Positions 7,694 through 12,803 of a DNA stretch of 12,803 bases are shown here, one piece after another. The DNA is from Acidobacteriota bacterium (GTDB lineage: Bacteria; Acidobacteriota; UBA6911; JACQSX01), in NCBI GenBank assembly GCA_036507075.1, contig DASXQR010000183.1, positions 1 to 12,803 of the forward strand, written 5' to 3'. Both the position numbers and the translations under genes were made by a program. Under the pieces are notes generated by a model that had not been told where the DNA came from, did no database searches, and saw only the letters and a program-made list of their open reading frames with translations. Position 1 is the first letter of the stretch, and each line of letters opens with the position of its first letter.

Positions 7694-10480
7694 ATGGTCG
7701 GACTGCCACTTAAGAATTTCGCTCGCACCTTTACCGCACTCCTGTTGACGTTGGCCGGCTTGTGGCCGGTTGGCGCACCGCAATCTGATGATGTTGAAAG
7801 ACTGCAGCGCGCATTCGAGCATCCTCCGGATGATTCGAAAATCATGATGCGGTGGTGGTGGTTCGGCCCAGCCGTGACAAAGCGTGAACTGGAGCGCGAA
7901 ATGCGGCTGATGAAAGAAGGCGGCATCGGCGGGTTTGAAGTACAGCCGGTCTATCCGGTCTCTCCTGATGATCCGGCAAGCGGTATCCGCAATCTATCGT
8001 TTCTCTCGGATGAGTTTATCGACGCGCTGCGCTTCACATCCGAAAAGGCACAGGAGCTTGGTTTGCGCGTGGACCTGACTCTGGGAAGTGGCTGGCCATA
8101 CGGAGGCCCGCAGATTCCAGTCACGCAGGCTGCCGGCAGATTGCGGATGGAGCGTGTTAAGGTGCCGGAAAATTTCCGACGCATTCCAGTGCCGGATCTG
8201 GCAGGCGGAGAAACATTGATAGCGGCTTTTTTGGCGCGGTTTGAAGGGACGACCGTCATCCCTGACAGCATTCACCAGATCACCGACATCAGAGATGGGG
8301 CGCTTTGGATTCCGGGCGATCTGCGGGGCTCGCATGACGTGCTCTTTTTTATCTCGAGTCGAACCGGAATGCAGGTGAAGCGTCCGGCCGTCGGAGCAGA
8401 GGGCTTTGTGGTCGACCACTACGACCGGGGCGCCATTGACAGCTATCTGAAAATCGTGGGCGACCGGTTAATGCAGGCTTTCAGCTCCAGGGCGCCGTAT
8501 GCGGTTTTCTGCGACAGTCTGGAAGTGTACCAATCCGACTGGACGGCCGATTTCCTGCCTGAGTTTCGAAAACGGCGCGGGTACGATCTTCAGCCCTATC
8601 TGCCGGCGCTGATGATCGACATTGGACCGGCGACGGCGTCGATCCGTCATGACTGGGGAAAAACGCTGACGGAACTGTTAAACGAACGGTTCCTCGGGCC
8701 GATGCGTGAATGGTCGAAGCGCCATCGGACTCTGTTCCGCATTCAATGCTACGGCATTCCACCCGCCGCGCTTTCCAGTAATGCGTTTGCGGATTTGCCG
8801 GAAGGGGAAGGACCGCAATGGAAGATTTTGCGAGCGTCGCGCTGGGCATCTTCCGCCAGCCACCTATATGGACGTCCAGTGACTTCCTCGGAAACCTGGA
8901 CCTGGCTGCACTCGCCCGTTTTCCGAGCGACGCCGCTGGATCTTAAGGTCGAAGCCGACCTCCATTTCCTCCAGGGAATCAATCAGCTCATCGGCCACGG
9001 ATGGCCGTATACGGCCGAAGGCGTCACCTCCCCGGGCTGGCGCTTCTATGCTGCCGGCGTGTTCAACGAGAAGAATCCCTGGTGGATTGTCATGCCGGAC
9101 CTGTCGGTGTATCTGCAGCGCGTCAGTTTTTTGATGCGGCAGGGAGAGCCTGTCAATGACGTGGCGTTGTATCTGCCCGACAGCGACGCATGGGCAAGCT
9201 TCTCGAACGGGCGGGTGAACCTGATCGAGACGTTGCGGGTCCGGATTGGCAGCGATGTCATTGGCCGGATACTGGAAGCAGGATTCAACCTCGATTTTTT
9301 CGATGACGACGCGCTGGCGCAGCTTGGGCGCATCGAAAACAACGCGCTGGTCATGGGTGCAAATCGTTATCGAGCGGTGATAGTCCCGAATGTGGAAAGG
9401 ATACCGGCGGCCACGCTTCGAAAGCTGGATGTGTTCGCCCGCGGCGGCGGCGCGTTGATTGCCACGCGACAGGCCCCTTCGCTCACGCCCGGCTTTCGGG
9501 CAACGGAAACGGAACAGAGCGAGGTGCGTGAATTGTCGCGGCGACTGTTTGGGGACCCATCCTCAGTTGCTCATCTGGTGCGGGACGAAAATCGTGAGTT
9601 GGGACGCAAGCTGGCGACGCTTCTTCGACCCGACGTAACGTTCTCCCCCGCTGTTCCGGAGATCGGATTCATCCATCGAAGCATCGGCTCGGCCCAGATT
9701 TATTTTCTCGCCAATACGTCAAATATTCCTCACCGCGTCACTGCCACTTTTCGAGTTCAGGGCATGAATCCGGAGTGGTGGGATCCCTTCACTGGAACGG
9801 TTTCCCCGGCGGCGGGTGAGCCGGCAGCGGATGGCCGCGCCGGCGTGGTGTTGGATCTGGAAGCGTATGGATCACGTGTTCTGGTCTTTACGCGCAGAAG
9901 TCTACCTGAGAAGTCGATGCATGCCGCGGCGCCAGGCTCGCCTCTGGATCTCAGTAGCGGATGGAGTGTGGCTTTCGAAGGACGAAACAAGCCGTTTGTG
10001 ATGGAACGCCTTCGCTCCTGGACCGACGATGAAGAAACCCGCTACTTCTCCGGCATCGCGACGTACGAGAAGGAAGTGACCGCGCCGGGCAGTCTGATGA
10101 CGGCCGGCTTTCAGATTCAACTTGATTTTGGAGAAGCACAGCCGATTCAACCGCAGGGGAGCAATCGGCCGGGCATGCAGGCATGGCTCGATGCTCCGGT
10201 GAGGGAGGCCGCGCTCGTTTATATTAATGACAAGCGTGCCGGATCGGTCTGGCGGCCGCCATATTCTCTTGACGTGACGCCGTTCCTCAAAGCGGGGAAA
10301 AACAAGATACGCATTTTGGTGGGGAATCTTGCGATCAACCAAATGGCCGGGCAGCGCCTGCCTGATTACCGGCTTCTCAACCTTCGTTATGGCCTCCGTT
10401 TTGAACCGCAGGACATGGATAAAGTGCAGCCCGTGCCGGCTGGCTTATTCGGACCGATTCGTCTGATTCCGAAAAACTGA
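7694..10480 (+). CDS. Glycoside hydrolase family 106 (alpha-L-rhamnosidase-like) with C-terminal beta-sandwich domain
   Basis: About 928 aa from ATG 7694, with a signal-peptide-like N-terminus. GH106-type motifs [46 protein letters not shown]...[16 protein letters not shown]-terminal [22 protein letters not shown]. The start is uncertain because no clear SD is visible. Confidence 0.82.
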   Translation: MVGLPLKNFARTFTALLLTLAGLWPVGAPQSDDVERLQRAFEHPPDDSKIMMRWWWFGPAVTKRELEREMRLMKEGGIGGFEVQPVYPVSPDDPASGIRNLSFLSDEFIDALRFTSEKAQELGLRVDLTLGSGWPYGGPQIPVTQAAGRLRMERVKVPENFRRIPVPDLAGGETLIAAFLARFEGTTVIPDSIHQITDIRDGALWIPGDLRGSHDVLFFISSRTGMQVKRPAVGAEGFVVDHYDRGAIDSYLKIVGDRLMQAFSSRAPYAVFCDSLEVYQSDWTADFLPEFRKRRGYDLQPYLPALMIDIGPATASIRHDWGKTLTELLNERFLGPMREWSKRHRTLFRIQCYGIPPAALSSNAFADLPEGEGPQWKILRASRWASSASHLYGRPVTSSETWTWLHSPVFRATPLDLKVEADLHFLQGINQLIGHGWPYTAEGVTSPGWRFYAAGVFNEKNPWWIVMPDLSVYLQRVSFLMRQGEPVNDVALYLPDSDAWASFSNGRVNLIETLRVRIGSDVIGRILEAGFNLDFFDDDALAQLGRIENNALVMGANRYRAVIVPNVERIPAATLRKLDVFARGGGALIATRQAPSLTPGFRATETEQSEVRELSRRLFGDPSSVAHLVRDENRELGRKLATLLRPDVTFSPAVPEIGFIHRSIGSAQIYFLANTSNIPHRVTATFRVQGMNPEWWDPFTGTVSPAAGEPAADGRAGVVLDLEAYGSRVLVFTRRSLPEKSMHAAAPGSPLDLSSGWSVAFEGRNKPFVMERLRSWTDDEETRYFSGIATYEKEVTAPGSLMTAGFQIQLDFGEAQPIQPQGSNRPGMQAWLDAPVREAALVYINDKRAGSVWRPPYSLDVTPFLKAGKNKIRILVGNLAINQMAGQRLPDYRLLNLRYGLRFEPQDMDKVQPVPAGLFGPIRLIPKN

Positions 10481-10626
10481 ACCGCCAAGACCGCGAAGAA
10501 CGCGAAGATCATTCATACCAGGTTGGCGGTACGCCTATAATGCACTTCTCCCGCATACGAAGTATTTAGCAGGAATGAGCCGGCTAGTCCATCAGATGCT
10601 TAGCGTTCTTCGCGGTCTTTGCGGTT
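10480..10626. repeat. Inverted nonamer tandem arrays around a 91-nt spacer, between convergent genes
   Basis: A ACCGCCAAG ACCGCGAAG AACGCGAAG (10480-10507) and CTTAGCGTT CTTCGCGGT CTTTGCGGT T (10599-10626); 26 of 28 positions complementary. A T-rich tract follows at 10630-10642. Confidence 0.88.
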
Positions 10627-10658
10627 AAGTTTTTTATTTTTTCACACACTCGGGCTTT

Positions 10659-12272
10659 TTACAGGCTCCAGCCTTTACGGTATTCCCGATGCAGGTACTG
10701 GTTGGCATCGGCCACGTTGGTGACCTTGCCGGTTTCACCGTCGTAGTAAATCCGTTTGCCCTGGCCTGTTTTCAGCGCCACAATTCCAAGCAGCATCGTC
10801 TCGGTCAGCGGCCCGGCGTATTCGAACGGAGTAGTGGCCTTTCCCTCTCCTTTGGCTGCCGATGCCCAATTCATCCGGTGCTTCGCAAGCCTGACCGGGC
10901 CCTCACCGGCAGCAAGCTCGATGCGCGGATACGTCTTTGGCACTTTGGCTGCCACTTCCATCAATGATTCGGGATAGAGGCGCGGGTTATTGCCGTAGGT
11001 TTCGTGCATCAGAATGCCCTTCTCGCCGATCATAATGACCCCGCCTCCTCGCTGCAGCGCCACATTTTCTGGAAGCGCATCGGGCCGCGATGGCATCAAA
11101 CCGCCGTCGTACCAGGTGAGCATTACCGCCGGCTGCGCGCCCCGAGCGGGGAACCGGTAGGCGACTCTGGTGGCCAGTGGATAGCTGACCGGATTGTTCT
11201 TGCTGTCAGTGCCAAAAGGTGTCGAAGTTGCTTCGATGCTGCTGGGATAAGACAGCCCCAGCGCCCAATATGGATGATCGATCAGGTGCGCTGCCATATC
11301 GCCCAGTGCGCCGTTTCCCCAATCCACCCAGCCGCGCCAGTTGAATGGATGGTAGATCGGGTGATAGGGAACATCAGGAGCCGGGCCAAGAAACAGATCC
11401 CAGTCCAGTGTCGAGGGAATGGAATACTGACCCACAAGGGTCGATGCAATCTCTCGATTGAGCCGGCGAGAGGTCCAATCATTGGCGAGATTTCCCGGGG
11501 CCGCCGCCGCTCCCGGCACTGTTCCCGCCGCTGCCGACCCCACTGCTGGCGCGCCGGCCGGTGCCGACGCAGGTCCGGCCGCGGGAGCTTCCGCAGGAGG
11601 CATCGCCGGACGCGGCACGCCCTGCGGCCAGATGGGCCGATTCGTCCAGACGTGGACTTCTTTGACTGCGCCGATCACGCCTGCTTGAATCCACTCGTTA
11701 ATCAGCCGCGCGCCCTCGCCGGAATGTCCCTGATTGCCCATCTGAGTGACGACCTTGGTCTGTTTTGCCGTGTCGCGCAGCACGCGAGCTTCCTGCACGG
11801 ACCAGGTCAGCGGCTTCTCGACGTAAACGTGCTTGCCCAGATCCATGGCTGTCTTTGCCACTACGGCGTGGGTGTGGTCGGGTGTGGCGACCAGTACCGC
11901 GTCAATGTCCTTCTGCTGTTCGAGCATTTTGCGGAAGTCGGTGTAGCGCCTGGCTTTGCCATACGCCTCCTGCAACTTGACCCCGTCGGGGTTCGGTTTG
12001 CCGTCGCGACTCATCGCTCGCCTGGCAACCGCTCTGTCCACAAACCCGAAGTCCACGTCGGCCAGGGCCACAATATTCTCCCCCCCGACGACGAGTTCTG
12101 TGGCGTCAGAGGCGCCCTGCCCGCTGCATCCGACAACAGCAATATTGAGTTTGTCGCTCGGGGCCGGATATCCCGGCCCGCCGAGCACGTGCCGCGGCAC
12201 GATCATGGCCCCAAAGGCAGCCCCGGCCGTGCCTGTGACGAATTTCCGTCGCGTGATCTTGTCCTGCCGCAT
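10659..12272 (-). CDS. Gfo/Idh/MocA family NAD(P)-dependent oxidoreductase with twin-arginine (Tat) signal peptide
   Basis: 537 aa with an N-terminal TRRKFV Tat motif, Rossmann [63 protein letters not shown] and C-terminal REYRKGW. RBS GGAGGAGAGG directly upstream. Confidence 0.92.
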   Translation of the reverse strand: MRQDKITRRKFVTGTAGAAFGAMIVPRHVLGGPGYPAPSDKLNIAVVGCSGQGASDATELVVGGENIVALADVDFGFVDRAVARRAMSRDGKPNPDGVKLQEAYGKARRYTDFRKMLEQQKDIDAVLVATPDHTHAVVAKTAMDLGKHVYVEKPLTWSVQEARVLRDTAKQTKVVTQMGNQGHSGEGARLINEWIQAGVIGAVKEVHVWTNRPIWPQGVPRPAMPPAEAPAAGPASAPAGAPAVGSAAAGTVPGAAAAPGNLANDWTSRRLNREIASTLVGQYSIPSTLDWDLFLGPAPDVPYHPIYHPFNWRGWVDWGNGALGDMAAHLIDHPYWALGLSYPSSIEATSTPFGTDSKNNPVSYPLATRVAYRFPARGAQPAVMLTWYDGGLMPSRPDALPENVALQRGGGVIMIGEKGILMHETYGNNPRLYPESLMEVAAKVPKTYPRIELAAGEGPVRLAKHRMNWASAAKGEGKATTPFEYAGPLTETMLLGIVALKTGQGKRIYYDGETGKVTNVADANQYLHREYRKGWSL

Positions 12273-12363
12273 TCCTCTCCTCCATTAACTTTGTGCAACG
12301 CGTCGGCAATTTCCTATTTTCTCAGTTACTAACTGCGAGAATTCTCTCGCGAAGAAAAACTTT

Positions 12364-12606
12364 TTCCTTATAGAGCCGCGCAGCGGCGTGAGAATTGTAG
12401 CCCCGGCCGGAGCGAAGCGGAGGCCGGGGTTGGCCCATTATTGAAACACCAGCCCCGAAGGTACGCCAGAAGGTGTGACCACGGTCTGTCGCCCCTTCGG
12501 GGCTCGTCCAGAATTGGGCCCAGGCCGGCCGCCCGGGTAACCCCGGGTTCCGCTTCGCTCCACCCGGGGCTACAAATCTGGCGCCGCTGCGCGGCTCTAT
12601 AAGGAA
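12364..12606. repeat. 243-bp nested palindromic element (REPIN/MITE-like) with GTAG-type REP doublet
   Basis: Perfect 25-bp terminal inverted repeat (12364-12388/12582-12606) continuing imperfectly to about 68 bp per arm. GTAG-CCCCGG...CCGGGG at 12397 is mirrored by ...CCGGGG-CTAC ending at 12573. An inner inverted repeat lies at 12451-12470/12485-12504 (17 of 20). Confidence 0.9.
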
Positions 12607-12632
12607 TTTGTTTTCTTAGCAAGATTCTCTAA

Positions 12633-12667
12633 CTAATGACCAATGACTAATGACCAATGACTGATCA
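12633..12667 (+). repeat. Heptamer tandem repeat
   Basis: CTAATGA CCAATGA CTAATGA CCAATGA CTGATCA. Confidence 0.85.
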
Positions 12668-12803
12668 CTACTGTCCGGTTAAGGTTTTACGAAAATCTCT
12701 TAAGCTATTAACTAACATGAGTTTCGGTCCAAAAATGTTTGTTATCGATTTGAAATTCATCTCTCGATCGATCCATCCTCCAGCCGAAACGGAGGCTGCG
12801 GCT

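Noticed and set aside
10528..10533. TATAAT inside the nonamer element spacer as a promoter
   Set aside because: No -35 element at suitable spacing, and it would only drive antisense transcription into the oxidoreductase; unsupported.
11004..12332. 442-aa plus-strand ORF
   Set aside because: Antisense shadow of the oxidoreductase with no recognisable motifs; long shadow ORFs are common in GC-rich genes.
12368..12622. 84-aa minus-strand ORF
   Set aside because: Lies within the palindromic element and has no transposase motifs.
12775..12803. GC-rich hairpin at the window end (CAGCC-GAAACGGA-GGCTG) as a riboswitch or ncRNA
   Set aside because: Truncated by the window edge, with no recognisable aptamer consensus.
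1..12803. tRNA, rRNA, transposase, integrase or defence genes
   Set aside because: No such motifs were seen; all long ORFs are accounted for by carbohydrate-related functions.

Overview
GC-rich bacterial DNA, most likely Acidobacteriota (inferred from the Oar-like TonB-dependent receptor architecture and the style of the intergenic repeats). The window holds an apparent pectin/rhamnogalacturonan utilisation locus with five long genes: a divergent PL10-type pectate lyase (minus strand), then a 1312-aa TonB-dependent receptor, a PL22 oligogalacturonate-lyase-family protein and a GH106 alpha-L-rhamnosidase-like protein (plus strand), and a convergent Tat-signal Gfo/Idh/MocA oxidoreductase. No SusD-like partner, regulator or inner-membrane transporter is present in the window. 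The receptor has an unusually long (111 aa) segment before its last beta-strand. The PL22 protein has a signal-peptide-like N-terminus and an altered metal-site motif. All six non-coding intervals carry a palindromic element, each of a different type: REP/REPIN-like doublets, a 243-bp nested cruciform, and inverted arrays built from 7-, 8- and 9-nt tandem units. All product calls come from motif recognition by eye; no database search was run.
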